A DNA stretch of 64,000 nucleotides from a virus (IMGVR_UViG_3300042937_000802:27462-91461); one strand, 5' to 3'; shown: positions 18,683 to 29,051, counted from the first letter of the stretch. Made by a program: numbers and translations. Notes: generated by a model not told the origin, from the sequence alone.

Positions 18683-20312
18683 TCAGGGATATAGAAATAA
18701 TCCAAAACTCAAACCACCGGGCATTGAGCTCCAGTATACAAAAGAACAACTAGACGAATATATTAAATGTGCAAATGATCCTGTATACTTTTGTAACAAA
18801 TACATCAAAGTAAAGACTCTTGACAAGGGTATCATGCCCTTTGAACTTTATGATTATCAACAAAAGTTTGTTAATTATATTCATAAAAATAGATTTGTTA
18901 TTTCAAAATGGCCCCGTCAGTCTGGTAAGTCTACCTCTGTAATTGGTTATATCTGTCATTATATTACCTTTAACCAAAGTGTAAGCGTGGCAATTTTAGC
19001 AAACAGACTAAAGACGGCCAAAGATGAATTGTATTCAAAATTACAGTTAGCCTATGAAAATTTACCACAATTCTTACAACAAGGTGTAGTGGAGTGGAAT
19101 AAAACATCTTTAAAATTAGAAAATGGTTCCCGAGTAGTATGTGACGCTACCTCTTCCGGTGCAATCCGTGGTGGTTCGTTTAACTTTCTTCTTTTGGACG
19201 AATATGCCTTCTTGCCATCTCACGTAGCTGAAGAATTCTATGCATCTACCTATCCTACCATTTCAGCAGGTACCACCACCAAGCTTGTAATAGTTTCTAC
19301 TCCCAATGGAATGAATCACTTTCATAAACTTTGGGTTGATGCCAACAGGGCAGATGGCCATAAACTAAAGAATAAATTTATTCCCATAGAAGTTAGTTGG
19401 AGAGATGTACCGATTACCTCTGGTGGAAGAAAAAGAGACGATGTTTGGGCAGCGGAACAGATTGCCAATACAAGCCCAGAGCAGTTTGAACAGGAATATG
19501 GCTGTAGTTTCTTGGGATCGTCCAATACACTGATCGCTACCTCAAAACTAAACGTTCTGGCACCAGAGGAGTTTTTGCAAGAAGATTCTGATGGACTTAG
19601 AATATTTGAACTTCCTAAAAAAGATGAAATTTACTTTTTACAAGCCGATGTCTCTAGAGGACAAGGTTCAGACTATTCAGCATTCACCGTAATAAATGGT
19701 ACTTCGGCTCCATATAAGGTAGTTGCATCATATCGAAATAATGCAGTAAGTCCTTTTAATTTTCCAAATGTAATTAAAAAAGTTGGAGAACGATATAATA
19801 ATGCTTATGTGTTAGTAGAAACAAATGACATAGGTGGGCAGGTTTCTTCTATTCTTTATAATGATTTGGAATATGAAAATGTTCTTATGACCAAAATAAT
19901 GGGTCGGAAAGGACAAATGTTATCACAAGGATTTGCTGGTGGAAGAAGTGAAATGGGATTAAGAACAACTACTCAAACCAAAAAATTGGGGTGTGCTATA
20001 TTTAAAAGGTTAGTTGAAGAAGACAAAATTTTAATAAATGATGAAAGAATATTGGCTGAATTAATAACATTTGTTTCAAAGTCAAATACATTCAAGGCAG
20101 AAGAAGGACATAATGACGATCTTGTAATGACTTTGGTATTCTTTGCTTGGTTAACAAGACAAGAATATTTTGCAGATTTGATTGAAAGCGCAAAATTTAA
20201 CTATGAAGAAGCCAAAAAGCCAGAAGATGACAACACTTTATTCATGTTAAGCGAAGAATCTATGGAAGATGATGAATTTTCTGATGGAAATGTTGTTTGG
20301 AAGAAGGTATAA
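18663..20312 (+). CDS. 17: Terminase large subunit gp17
   Basis: PRQSGKST, LLLDEYAF, STPNGMNHF, EGHNDDLVM. Confidence 0.97.
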   Translation: MSLNKNNQGYRNNPKLKPPGIELQYTKEQLDEYIKCANDPVYFCNKYIKVKTLDKGIMPFELYDYQQKFVNYIHKNRFVISKWPRQSGKSTSVIGYICHYITFNQSVSVAILANRLKTAKDELYSKLQLAYENLPQFLQQGVVEWNKTSLKLENGSRVVCDATSSGAIRGGSFNFLLLDEYAFLPSHVAEEFYASTYPTISAGTTTKLVIVSTPNGMNHFHKLWVDANRADGHKLKNKFIPIEVSWRDVPITSGGRKRDDVWAAEQIANTSPEQFEQEYGCSFLGSSNTLIATSKLNVLAPEEFLQEDSDGLRIFELPKKDEIYFLQADVSRGQGSDYSAFTVINGTSAPYKVVASYRNNAVSPFNFPNVIKKVGERYNNAYVLVETNDIGGQVSSILYNDLEYENVLMTKIMGRKGQMLSQGFAGGRSEMGLRTTTQTKKLGCAIFKRLVEEDKILINDERILAELITFVSKSNTFKAEEGHNDDLVMTLVFFAWLTRQEYFADLIESAKFNYEEAKKPEDDNTLFMLSEESMEDDEFSDGNVVWKKV

Positions 20313-20318
20313 AAAATT

Positions 20319-20326
20319 ACTAAATA
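20319..20326 (+). promoter_or_regulatory. Late promoter
   Basis: Intergenic ACTAAATA upstream of gp18. Confidence 0.55.
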
Positions 20327-20348
20327 TTAGTGATAAAAAAGGACAATC

Positions 20349-21650
20349 ATGCCAACTCTTAGTTCTTTTACTAGCACTAATCAATTTCGAACTGAAACAG
20401 CCTCTGATGCATTTAAGATGGATTGCGGCTATTTGACAGGTTTAACCTATTTAACCCCAACATTTAGTACTGTTGGAGCATCAAACAATCCCGGAAATTT
20501 ATTTGGTTGGCTAATTTATGCCAGAGCAATTAAGTCATCGCCAGCAATAGGTACTACCGCATCAACGTATGTGTATTATACTTCGCCATCAGCAATGGTT
20601 AATGATTTAAACAAATTAAATGGTGTTACCGGAGCTTTAATAAATCCTACAACAACTACAGGAAATAGTTTTGGATTCTTTATCTATAATGGTATAATTA
20701 ATACCGATCAAACCAGTAATCTTGGAATTACTGGTGCTGGAAGAGAATTTTTATATGCATTAGATTATCTTTCATACGGTGGTAATCTCGTTATTGCAGG
20801 AACTACAAAAGGTTTTTTAGACTGGAAAACTGACTATAATACAGATTTTGATTTAATTATGGGTGCAACTGGTTTAGGTTTTTCTGGCGCTCAAAGATGG
20901 CTTGAAAAGGAAGCACCATATACTATAGGTGTGTTTCCTAGTCTAGATGATGGCGCAGGAACAACTTTAACAAATTTTGTTTTTAATGCAACATCATTTG
21001 TCGAAGGCGCAACTGTAGCTGATCGTGTATTTTCTGTGTATGGTCAAAAAACAGTAACAAATCTCCCACTTCCATCGCTTTATACTTCCGGTGTACTGAC
21101 TTATGTTAATAATCTTAGTGCTGATGTTGCTGGTATGTTTACACGCGTTAATGCTAGAAATGAACTTTATTTAACTATTGCGGGTTCGGCTAGAGGTTTC
21201 ATTTTAAATGGAGACGTAACAACCACAGTAAACTTTGCTGATACTGATCTTAAAAATCTTCTTAAAAATGCTCGTGTAAACTATTTCTTAAATTATACAA
21301 CCAAATTCCTTGGTGCTGATTTAGTTGGAGCAACTAGTTCACCATCAAATCCAATAGTTGATGAAAGAATTGGCCCAGCTCAAATGAAGGCCAAAATGAA
21401 GAGAGATATTACAAACATTGGTCTTAAATATCTCTATGAGTTGAATAACTCAACAACCAGAAATCTAGTTACTGGAGAAATAACAAATTACTTGTTGCAA
21501 TATACTACGTACTTGGATACTACAAAAACTCAAGTTATTTGCGATTCTACCAACAACAATGACAACGTATCAACACTTACAATCTTTGTAAATGTAACTC
21601 CATTGATTGGAACAACCTCGTTTACACTGAATATAACTCTAAACCAATAA
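20349..21650 (+). CDS. 18: Tail sheath gp18 (short, divergent)
   Basis: Between gp17 and gp19; ALDYLSYGGNLVI, ADVAGMF.R, AGSARG.I, YELNNSTTR, VICDSTNN. Confidence 0.8.
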   Translation: MPTLSSFTSTNQFRTETASDAFKMDCGYLTGLTYLTPTFSTVGASNNPGNLFGWLIYARAIKSSPAIGTTASTYVYYTSPSAMVNDLNKLNGVTGALINPTTTTGNSFGFFIYNGIINTDQTSNLGITGAGREFLYALDYLSYGGNLVIAGTTKGFLDWKTDYNTDFDLIMGATGLGFSGAQRWLEKEAPYTIGVFPSLDDGAGTTLTNFVFNATSFVEGATVADRVFSVYGQKTVTNLPLPSLYTSGVLTYVNNLSADVAGMFTRVNARNELYLTIAGSARGFILNGDVTTTVNFADTDLKNLLKNARVNYFLNYTTKFLGADLVGATSSPSNPIVDERIGPAQMKAKMKRDITNIGLKYLYELNNSTTRNLVTGEITNYLLQYTTYLDTTKTQVICDSTNNNDNVSTLTIFVNVTPLIGTTSFTLNITLNQ

Positions 21651-21651
21651 T

Positions 21652-22191
21652 ATGGCATCATATAACTCATTAAACCAATTTAAAGCTGGGTTTAAGGGCG
21701 GTACTAGAGCAAACCGTTTTCGTGTTATTCCTAATTTTCCCAGTACAGTAAATGTTGGGAGTAATAATACTACTAGTTCATTTCTTATATCATCTGGATC
21801 ATTACCAAAAGCAGATGTTGGTGTTATAGGTGTTCCATACAGAGGAAGAATGGCGTATTTTGCCGGAGACCGTCAATATTCAGTATGGCCAGTTAGAATT
21901 TATGATGACAATGACAGTGCTTTATGGAAAGCATTTAATAGTTGGAAAGAAAAATTGGATGGCCATCTTACACATAAAGTAGAAGGTAACAATTATTCTT
22001 ATTCCAATTTACAAACTACTTTTTTTATAGAACAATTGAGACCAAATGGTGAAGTATTAAGAAAAATTAAATTAAATAGATGTTGGCCAAGTGAAGTTGG
22101 TGGAATTAATTTTGACTTAGGCTCATCTGAATTTGTTACCTTTGATGTAACATTAACATTTGATTATATAGACATACTTACTGGAATCTGA
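21652..22191 (+). CDS. 19: Tail tube protein gp19
   Basis: GGTRANRFRV, VPYRGR...AGDRQY..W, CWPSEVGGI. Confidence 0.9.
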   Translation: MASYNSLNQFKAGFKGGTRANRFRVIPNFPSTVNVGSNNTTSSFLISSGSLPKADVGVIGVPYRGRMAYFAGDRQYSVWPVRIYDDNDSALWKAFNSWKEKLDGHLTHKVEGNNYSYSNLQTTFFIEQLRPNGEVLRKIKLNRCWPSEVGGINFDLGSSEFVTFDVTLTFDYIDILTGI

Positions 22192-22193
22192 CC

Positions 22194-22760
22194 ATGGCAT
22201 CACTAAATGAATTTAAAGATAACTTTAAAGGTGGTACTCGCCAAAATAGATTTTTGGTGACAGGAAGTTTTCCTTCTGGGGCTGCTACTGCTTCTAATGC
22301 AGGCAATTCGAATAATGCTGGAACCGCAATTCCATTTCATATTAGATCAACTCTTATACCTACTCTACAGACAAGCACAGTTTCATATGACTATTTTGGT
22401 AGAAAATTAAATTATCCCGGTGAAAAACTGTATTCCACATGGTCTGTGTCCATTGTAGATGACACAGATAGTGGAGATTTGTGGAAAAGATTTCATCGGT
22501 GGCATAATTTTATAAACAATCATGTTGACAATAAAACAAGATATTCAGTTACCCCAAACTATAAAGTTAACTGGTATATTGAACATCTTGGATTGAATGA
22601 AAATGTTTTAAAGCGTTTTCGTTTAAATGGATTGTGGCCCAGAACAATAAATGAGATGTCTTTTAGCATGGCTCGTCCAAATGTGTTAAATACTTTTAAC
22701 GTAGTCTTTGTTTATGATACAATTTCAATTGATAGCATAACACAAAGAGACAGCTTATAA
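22194..22760 (+). CDS. 19: Second gp19-like tail tube protein
   Basis: GGTRQNRFLV, YFGRKLNYPGEKLYSTW, GLWPRTINEM. Confidence 0.85.
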   Translation: MASLNEFKDNFKGGTRQNRFLVTGSFPSGAATASNAGNSNNAGTAIPFHIRSTLIPTLQTSTVSYDYFGRKLNYPGEKLYSTWSVSIVDDTDSGDLWKRFHRWHNFINNHVDNKTRYSVTPNYKVNWYIEHLGLNENVLKRFRLNGLWPRTINEMSFSMARPNVLNTFNVVFVYDTISIDSITQRDSL

Positions 22761-22773
22761 AAAGGAATTATTG

Positions 22774-24333
22774 ATGGAAATAGATATTTTTGGATTCCAG
22801 TTTGGTAGAACAAAGGACGAACCACAGAAAAAAAGTGAGATTGTAGCGCAAAATATCGCTGCTCCCGAAATCTTTGATGGAACTGTTACAGTTGAAGCTG
22901 GTGGATTTTTTGGAACTGCTTTGGACTATGCTGCCAACCTTCGTGATGAAGGTGCATCCATCATTCAATATCGCAATATGTCTATCTATCCAGAGGTAGA
23001 CAATGCTATTGATGAAATTGTAAACGCATCAATTGTACCGGGTACAGACCGCAAACCAGTAAAATTAGATCTTGTCAGTGTTCCAATTGCTGAGCCAATT
23101 AAATTAAAGATTTACAAAGAATTTGAAAGAATCATCCATCTAATGGATTTCAATGGAAAGTCATATGAAATTTTTAGAAGATGGTATATTGATTCTCGTA
23201 TATTTTATAATATTGCAATTGATAAAGATCAACCAATGAATGGAATTGAGGAAATTATTCCTCTTGATCCTCTAAAGATAAAAAAGATTCGTAAAGTTGA
23301 AAAACAACAAGAACGAGTCGGAAATACTCAAGTTGGTGTAATTAAAAAAATTGAAGAATATTATCTTTATACCAATACCGATAAAGAAACATATATGTTG
23401 ACTGGACCGGGTGGTCTGCATCTGTCTCCAGATAGTATAGTTTATGTTCCATCTGGCGTTGTTGATCTCAATACAAAAAGAGTTCTTGGCTATCTGCACA
23501 AAGCAATCAGACCATTGAACATGTTGAGACAACTAGAAGATTCTCTTCTAGTTTACCGTGTTGCACGTGCACCAGAACGAAGAGTCTTCTACGTTGACGT
23601 AGGACAGCTTCCTAAGCAAAAGGCTGAACAGTACGTTCGTGACATGATGAGCCGTTTCCGCACACGCCTGATCTACAATCAGACTACTGGCGAAGTGCGT
23701 GACGAAAGAAACCATCTTTCTGTATTGGAAGATTACTGGATTCCTCGCCGTGAAGGTTCTAATGGCACACAGATTACTACTCTTCCCGGTGGTAATGCCA
23801 TGTCTCAAATTGAAGACGTAGAATACTTTAAGAAGAAGTTGTATGCTTCATTGAACGTTCCTCTTAGCCGTTTGATGTCAGATCAAACTGGATTTAATAT
23901 GGGCCGTTCCGTAGAAATTACCAGAGAAGAAGTCAAGTTCTATAAATTTATTGAAAGACTTCGCCATCAATTTAGCAAGTTGTTCTTAGATCTATTGCGA
24001 GTTCAATTGATCCTAAAAGGTATAATGACTGAAGATGACTGGCACGAACTTCGTCCAGAAATCAAAGTAGTATTCAATACCGACAATTATTTTTGGGATC
24101 TTAAGGAAGCAGAAATTTTAGCAGAACGTCTAAAGATGGTTCAGTTTGTTGATCCATATGTTGGAAAGTATTTCTCTTCAGAATATGTTCGTAGAAAGAT
24201 TTTGAAACAAACTGAAGAAGAAATGCAAGAGATGAATAAAGAAATAGCAGTTGACAGACAGAGAATCCAAGCCGAGCAAATGGCACAGATGGCTCAACAA
24301 CAGGCTGCTGGCGAAGGAGAGCCACCACAATGA
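22774..24333 (+). CDS. 20: Portal protein gp20
   Basis: YRVARAPERRVFYVDVGQLPKQKAEQY, EDYWIPRREG, TLPGG. Confidence 0.97.
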   Translation: MEIDIFGFQFGRTKDEPQKKSEIVAQNIAAPEIFDGTVTVEAGGFFGTALDYAANLRDEGASIIQYRNMSIYPEVDNAIDEIVNASIVPGTDRKPVKLDLVSVPIAEPIKLKIYKEFERIIHLMDFNGKSYEIFRRWYIDSRIFYNIAIDKDQPMNGIEEIIPLDPLKIKKIRKVEKQQERVGNTQVGVIKKIEEYYLYTNTDKETYMLTGPGGLHLSPDSIVYVPSGVVDLNTKRVLGYLHKAIRPLNMLRQLEDSLLVYRVARAPERRVFYVDVGQLPKQKAEQYVRDMMSRFRTRLIYNQTTGEVRDERNHLSVLEDYWIPRREGSNGTQITTLPGGNAMSQIEDVEYFKKKLYASLNVPLSRLMSDQTGFNMGRSVEITREEVKFYKFIERLRHQFSKLFLDLLRVQLILKGIMTEDDWHELRPEIKVVFNTDNYFWDLKEAEILAERLKMVQFVDPYVGKYFSSEYVRRKILKQTEEEMQEMNKEIAVDRQRIQAEQMAQMAQQQAAGEGEPPQ

Positions 24334-24758
24334 ATGAAACTAGCACCATACTTTTAAAAAAGAGTTTTGAAAGTTTAATTCAAAATAATGATGAGGAATT
24401 CAAAAAATCTCTGAGAAGTGCTTTAAGTACAAAACTCAATGAAAATATTGAATATTTAAAAATTCATACCCAGAAGAAGTTATTTGAGCCTTCTTTCAAA
24501 TTTACTCCTAAATCAGAAGAAATTAAAAATTTTGTTGAGTTTTTAGAATCATATGATCCTTCAAATCCATCAAAAATTAAATTAAAAAATGAAAGTGTTA
24601 TAAATATAACAGAGAAAGAACTTAAAGATATCAAGATACTATTTGATCAACTTAGTCCAAAAAATAGAACCCTAATGGTTGAATCTATTTTTGAAAGCAA
24701 AGCCAATCTAGATCAACATCTTGAATTTTGCCAGAAAGTAAAGGTATTACAAAAATGA
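24330..24758 (+). CDS. Putative prohead core protein
   Basis: Lies between gp20 and gp21; charged helical sequence. Confidence 0.55.
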   Translation: MNETSTILLKKSFESLIQNNDEEFKKSLRSALSTKLNENIEYLKIHTQKKLFEPSFKFTPKSEEIKNFVEFLESYDPSNPSKIKLKNESVINITEKELKDIKILFDQLSPKNRTLMVESIFESKANLDQHLEFCQKVKVLQK

Positions 24759-24925
24759 ATCCCAAAGTAAATGAACTAATCAAAAATATGATTGACGAGA
24801 ACGTAGTTGCTTTCAAAGAAAATACCTCCAAGCTTCTCTATGAAAAGACTGGCAAAAAGATTGAAGGAATGTACGAAACTGTCGCAAAAACCATCATAAA
24901 GCCCACCAATGAAACTAATAACTGA
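24755..24925 (+). CDS. Small putative prohead core protein
   Basis: ATGA overlap with the previous gene; 56 aa helical; immediately before gp21. Confidence 0.5.
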   Translation: MNPKVNELIKNMIDENVVAFKENTSKLLYEKTGKKIEGMYETVAKTIIKPTNETNN

Positions 24926-25553
24926 AATAAACGAAGATATTAAGTATATCAAAGAGAACACTGGAAACGGTGATAAGGCTTATTTCATTGAAGGTATCTT
25001 TATGCAAGCCAGCGTAAAGAACCGCAATGGTAGAGTATATCCCCAAGGCATTCTTATTAAGGAATGTAAGAGATATATCACTGAGTACGTTGATAAAGGC
25101 CGTGCTCTTGGTGAACTAAACCATCCAACTGGTCCAACTGTCAATCTTGACCGTGTTTCGCACATCGTCAAGGAACTTCATGAAGATGGCAATACCATTT
25201 ACGGTAAGGCTAAGATCATGGATACCCCAATGGGTCGCATTGTAAAGAACCTAATTGAAGAAGGTGCACAATTAGGTGTATCTACCCGTGGTATGGGTTC
25301 GTTAAAGAGTAAGAATGGTTATCAAGAAGTTCAAGAAGATTTCATGCTTGCTGCGGTTGATATCGTAGCCGATCCATCAGCTCCAAATGCTTTTGTCAAT
25401 GGAATCATGGAAGGAAAAGAATGGATTCTTGAAAATGGCAGCTGGTCTGAAAAAGAATTCAACAATGCTAAAAGAATTATCAAAAGTTCTTCCAAAAGAG
25501 ATTTAAACGAAAATATCGTAAAACTATTCAACGATTATTTTAGGAGTATGTAA
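24909..25553 (+). CDS. 21: Prohead protease gp21
   Basis: KNRNGRVYP, ALGELNHP, LGVSTRGMGS, DIVADPSAPNAFV. Confidence 0.97.
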   Translation: MKLITEINEDIKYIKENTGNGDKAYFIEGIFMQASVKNRNGRVYPQGILIKECKRYITEYVDKGRALGELNHPTGPTVNLDRVSHIVKELHEDGNTIYGKAKIMDTPMGRIVKNLIEEGAQLGVSTRGMGSLKSKNGYQEVQEDFMLAAVDIVADPSAPNAFVNGIMEGKEWILENGSWSEKEFNNAKRIIKSSSKRDLNENIVKLFNDYFRSM

Positions 25554-26398
25554 TGTCATTTGACTGCATCACCGAAGGTTCCAAAGACTATATTAAATAC
25601 GTTCTTCAATTATCTGAAGAATCTATGACTGGTGTTACCTACGTAGCTCCAGGTCGTAAAAAAGAAACTAGAAAAAGACCTTCTTTTACTTTTAGTGGTG
25701 GTGCAGGTGGAAAAGGATTGGGTGGAGGAGATGATATTCAACCTGGAGATTTTCTTTCAACCGAAAAAGATGAAAAAGGAAAAACAAAAGATCAAGGTTT
25801 GCGTGCAGGCATAATGTGGGGTAATTCTAAAATTCCAAATTCACGTACAACAAATGAGAAGGGCGAAGAACAAGACAATACCCAAGGTGGTTTAGATTAT
25901 ATAACCTCATTAGGTCAAGCTCAAAGTGCTTTGGATTTTGCAGACCAAATGATGCCTGCAGCCGTAAAACTGCTTTTAGCCAAAGGTCTTTTCTCTTCAC
26001 AAATTAAAGCTAATCCCGGCAGTACTGCTGGCACTGCCGACAGCAGTAATGTTTCTTTGAAAGGTGCATTAGATGCAGCACGCGGTGGGGCTAATCAAGA
26101 ACAACAAATGGCTCTTTCTGGATTTGAAGCTGTAGCAGGTGATTTACTATCTCAAATAGAAAATTTGACAGGAACCACTAAGATTGCAAATGAAAACAAT
26201 CCACTTGCTCAAAAAGTAATGCAATATAGCAAAAATTTAGGAGCAATAGATCCTTATAATCCGCTATTGGGTCTAAAAATTGGTGTTGAAATGTTGGGTG
26301 GTAAGGAAGTTTTAAGACGTACAAGAGAACTTGGTGCAGTCCAAAGCGCTGGTGCGGCAAGTTCAATGGGACATCCCTCTGGTTTCAGAGGATATTAA
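25553..26398 (+). CDS. Hypothetical protein inserted between gp21 and gp22 (possible internal head protein)
   Basis: 281 aa, Gly/Ala-rich; N-terminal ITE and LSE motifs. Confidence 0.55.
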   Translation: MSFDCITEGSKDYIKYVLQLSEESMTGVTYVAPGRKKETRKRPSFTFSGGAGGKGLGGGDDIQPGDFLSTEKDEKGKTKDQGLRAGIMWGNSKIPNSRTTNEKGEEQDNTQGGLDYITSLGQAQSALDFADQMMPAAVKLLLAKGLFSSQIKANPGSTAGTADSSNVSLKGALDAARGGANQEQQMALSGFEAVAGDLLSQIENLTGTTKIANENNPLAQKVMQYSKNLGAIDPYNPLLGLKIGVEMLGGKEVLRRTRELGAVQSAGAASSMGHPSGFRGY

Positions 26399-26410
26399 AA
26401 ATTAAAATAT

Positions 26411-26418
26411 ACTAAATA
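26411..26418 (+). promoter_or_regulatory. Late promoter
   Basis: ACTAAATA upstream of gp22. Confidence 0.55.
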
Positions 26419-26442
26419 ATTTAACCTTAAGGATTAATTGAC

Positions 26443-27492
26443 ATGAAAAAGAACAAAAAACTAAATTTATCTGAAGCCGCTGCCCAAGTAATGGGTGTTA
26501 TGGACGCAACTGGTCGTTCTGATATGGACGCAAGTGGTCGTGGATCCATGATTTCTGCTCCAGTTGACACAACTGGCGTTTCTGCAATTGCAGCGTCTGC
26601 TGGTCAACCTGGCGTACCCGCAACCATGAGAGTTGCTGCTCCAGGTATGCGTGCTACTGCTGCAAAAGATGGCGAAGAAGATACTGCCATTGATAATGAT
26701 GCTCAAGAAGGCGAAGAAGGCGAAGAAGAAGAAATGCCTGTTGAGACCAACGAAGAACTAAAGACACAATTCCGTGATGCCATCATTTCTCTTCTTGGTG
26801 AAGATAATGTCAATAAGTCTTCTCTAGAACAACTTGAAGCAATCTTTGAGGCTGCTGTCTCTGACAGAGTTGAATCAGAAGTTGCCAAGGTTCTTGTTGA
26901 ACTTGATGAGAATGCCAAAGACTATCTCTCTAATGTAACCAATTCATTGGTTGAGAAAGTTGATGACTATCTTGAGTACGTTGTTGAAGAGTGGATGACA
27001 GAGAATACTGTTGCCGTCGAACAAGGTATCAAGACCACTATTGCTGAGAATTTCATCAGTGGCCTCAAGAATCTCTTTGAGAATCACTACATTGATGTTC
27101 CAAACGAGAAGTACAATGTTCTTGATGAACTCTATGAGCAAAACAGAAAGCTTCAAGAATCTCTCAATGAGTCCATGAAGTTTAGCATCGATCTCAAGAA
27201 AGAGATCGCACTCACCGAGTGTGCTGGAATCTTTGTTGCCGAAACCAAGAATCTTGCTGACACTCAAGTCAACAAACTACAAAATTTGATGGAAAATATC
27301 AACTTCAACACTCCCGAAGAGTATCGTAATAAGTTGGTAGCCATCAAGGAAAACTATTTACAGGGTAATAGAGTTTCTGCACCCTCTAAGCCAGTTGATG
27401 AGGATATGACCTTCTCAAAGACTGTTTCTGCTCCAACAACACTCGTAGAAAACTATGCGAATGTAATGGGTAGATTAAATAAGAAACTATAA
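26443..27492 (+). CDS. 22: Prohead scaffold gp22
   Basis: IFEAAV, VDDYLEYVVEEWMTEN..AVEQGIK, LKNLFENHYIDVP. Confidence 0.95.
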   Translation: MKKNKKLNLSEAAAQVMGVMDATGRSDMDASGRGSMISAPVDTTGVSAIAASAGQPGVPATMRVAAPGMRATAAKDGEEDTAIDNDAQEGEEGEEEEMPVETNEELKTQFRDAIISLLGEDNVNKSSLEQLEAIFEAAVSDRVESEVAKVLVELDENAKDYLSNVTNSLVEKVDDYLEYVVEEWMTENTVAVEQGIKTTIAENFISGLKNLFENHYIDVPNEKYNVLDELYEQNRKLQESLNESMKFSIDLKKEIALTECAGIFVAETKNLADTQVNKLQNLMENINFNTPEEYRNKLVAIKENYLQGNRVSAPSKPVDEDMTFSKTVSAPTTLVENYANVMGRLNKKL

Positions 27493-27503
27493 CTTTACTA
27501 ATT

Positions 27504-27511
27504 ACTAAATA
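27504..27511 (+). promoter_or_regulatory. Late promoter for gp23
   Basis: ACTAAATA, followed by SD AGGAG. Confidence 0.6.
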
Positions 27512-27539
27512 ATTTTAACTCACAGGAGAATTTACTAAA

Positions 27540-28988
27540 ATGCAATTTCAAGACAATACCCCATATGACATTCTAACCGAGAAATGGAATCCAGTGCTCA
27601 ATCACGAAGCACTATCTCCAATCGGTGATGATTACCGTAAGAAGGTGACTGCCGTCCTTCTTGAAAACCAAGAGCAAGCCATTCGTAGCCAACACCTCGC
27701 TGAGGATATGAGCTCCGGTAACCTCGGTGGTCCCGCCACCTCCACTGGTTACAACACTGGTGCCGTCTCTGGTTATGACCCCGTTCTAATCAGCCTCGTT
27801 CGTCGTTCCATGCCAAATCTCATGGCATACGACATCTGCGGCGTTCAACCCATGACTGCCCCAACCGGCCTAATCTTTGCGATGCGTTCGCAATATGGTA
27901 ATGGTGGTAGTTATGGTAGCAACTTCTACACCGAAGCCATGTTCCAAGAACCACAACCAGTATATGGTGGTTCAGGATATACCTTAACTGGTCTATCATT
28001 CGCTGGTATTACCGCTGGTTCCGGTCTAAGCGCTGGATGGAATTATGCTGCTGGATTCTCTGGTGGTATTAACTATACCTCCTACGCCGGTAGCGGAGTA
28101 AATTCCTTCAACGCTCTACGTGGTATTTTGACAAACTTCGGTGAAGGTATCGGTGGAGCAGCTACAACTTCTCCTTACACTGCTTTTAACCAAATGTCTT
28201 TCTCAATCGACCGCGTTGCTGTTCAAGCTCGTACTCGCGCTCTAAGCAGCAACTACTCTGTCGAATTGGCACAAGACCTCAAGGCCGTCCACGGTCTCGA
28301 TGCTGAAGCCGAACTCGCCAATCTTCTCAGCACAGAAATTCTTGCTGAAATCAACCGCGAAATCGTCAGAACCATTTACTATGTTGCTAAGAGTGGTTCA
28401 CAACAACCCGATATTGGTAATAAAGGTGTTTATAACCTTGTTGCTGACTCAGACGGTCGTTGGTCTGCTGAACGCTTCCGTGGCCTCAGCTTCCAAATCG
28501 AGCGCGAGTGCAATGCAATTGCTAAGGAAACCCGCCGTGGTAAGGGCAACTTCATCATCTGCGATAGCGATACCGCAGCCGCCCTCGCTATGTCTGGCTT
28601 CATGAGCCTCAGCCCAGCCATTGCTCCTCAACTCAATGTTGATGACACTCAAGCAACCTTTGCTGGTATCCTAAGTGGTAAGATCCGTGTTTACATCGAT
28701 CCATATGCCCCACTTGGTGCCAACTTCTTCGTTGCTGGCTATAAGGGTGAGAGTCCATATGACGCAGGTATCTTCTACTGCCCATACGTTCCTCTCCAAA
28801 TGGTCCGTGCAGTTGATCCCAATACTTTCCAACCACGTATTGCGTTCAAGACCCGTTATGGTGTAGTTGCTAACCCCTTTGTTATCAACACCACAACCAA
28901 GATTCCAGATGGTGAAACCCTAAGCGCTGGTATCAATCAATACTACCGTCTAACCCAAGTTGCCAACCTCCACGGTAACGGTACTTGA
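27540..28988 (+). CDS. 23: Major capsid protein gp23
   Basis: LLENQE, CGVQPMTAPTGLIFAMR, ELAQDLKAVHGLDAE, FQPRIAFKTRYG. Confidence 0.98.
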   Translation: MQFQDNTPYDILTEKWNPVLNHEALSPIGDDYRKKVTAVLLENQEQAIRSQHLAEDMSSGNLGGPATSTGYNTGAVSGYDPVLISLVRRSMPNLMAYDICGVQPMTAPTGLIFAMRSQYGNGGSYGSNFYTEAMFQEPQPVYGGSGYTLTGLSFAGITAGSGLSAGWNYAAGFSGGINYTSYAGSGVNSFNALRGILTNFGEGIGGAATTSPYTAFNQMSFSIDRVAVQARTRALSSNYSVELAQDLKAVHGLDAEAELANLLSTEILAEINREIVRTIYYVAKSGSQQPDIGNKGVYNLVADSDGRWSAERFRGLSFQIERECNAIAKETRRGKGNFIICDSDTAAALAMSGFMSLSPAIAPQLNVDDTQATFAGILSGKIRVYIDPYAPLGANFFVAGYKGESPYDAGIFYCPYVPLQMVRAVDPNTFQPRIAFKTRYGVVANPFVINTTTKIPDGETLSAGINQYYRLTQVANLHGNGT

Positions 28989-29016
28989 TTAGAAGTTAGT
29001 TGATAGCGTAAGTTCA

Positions 29017-29051
29017 AAAACCCTCCCGAGAAATCGGGAGGGTTTTCTTTT
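29017..29051 (+). terminator. Rho-independent terminator after gp23
   Basis: AAAACCCTCCCGA-GAAA-TCGGGAGGGTTTTCTTTT. Confidence 0.92.
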
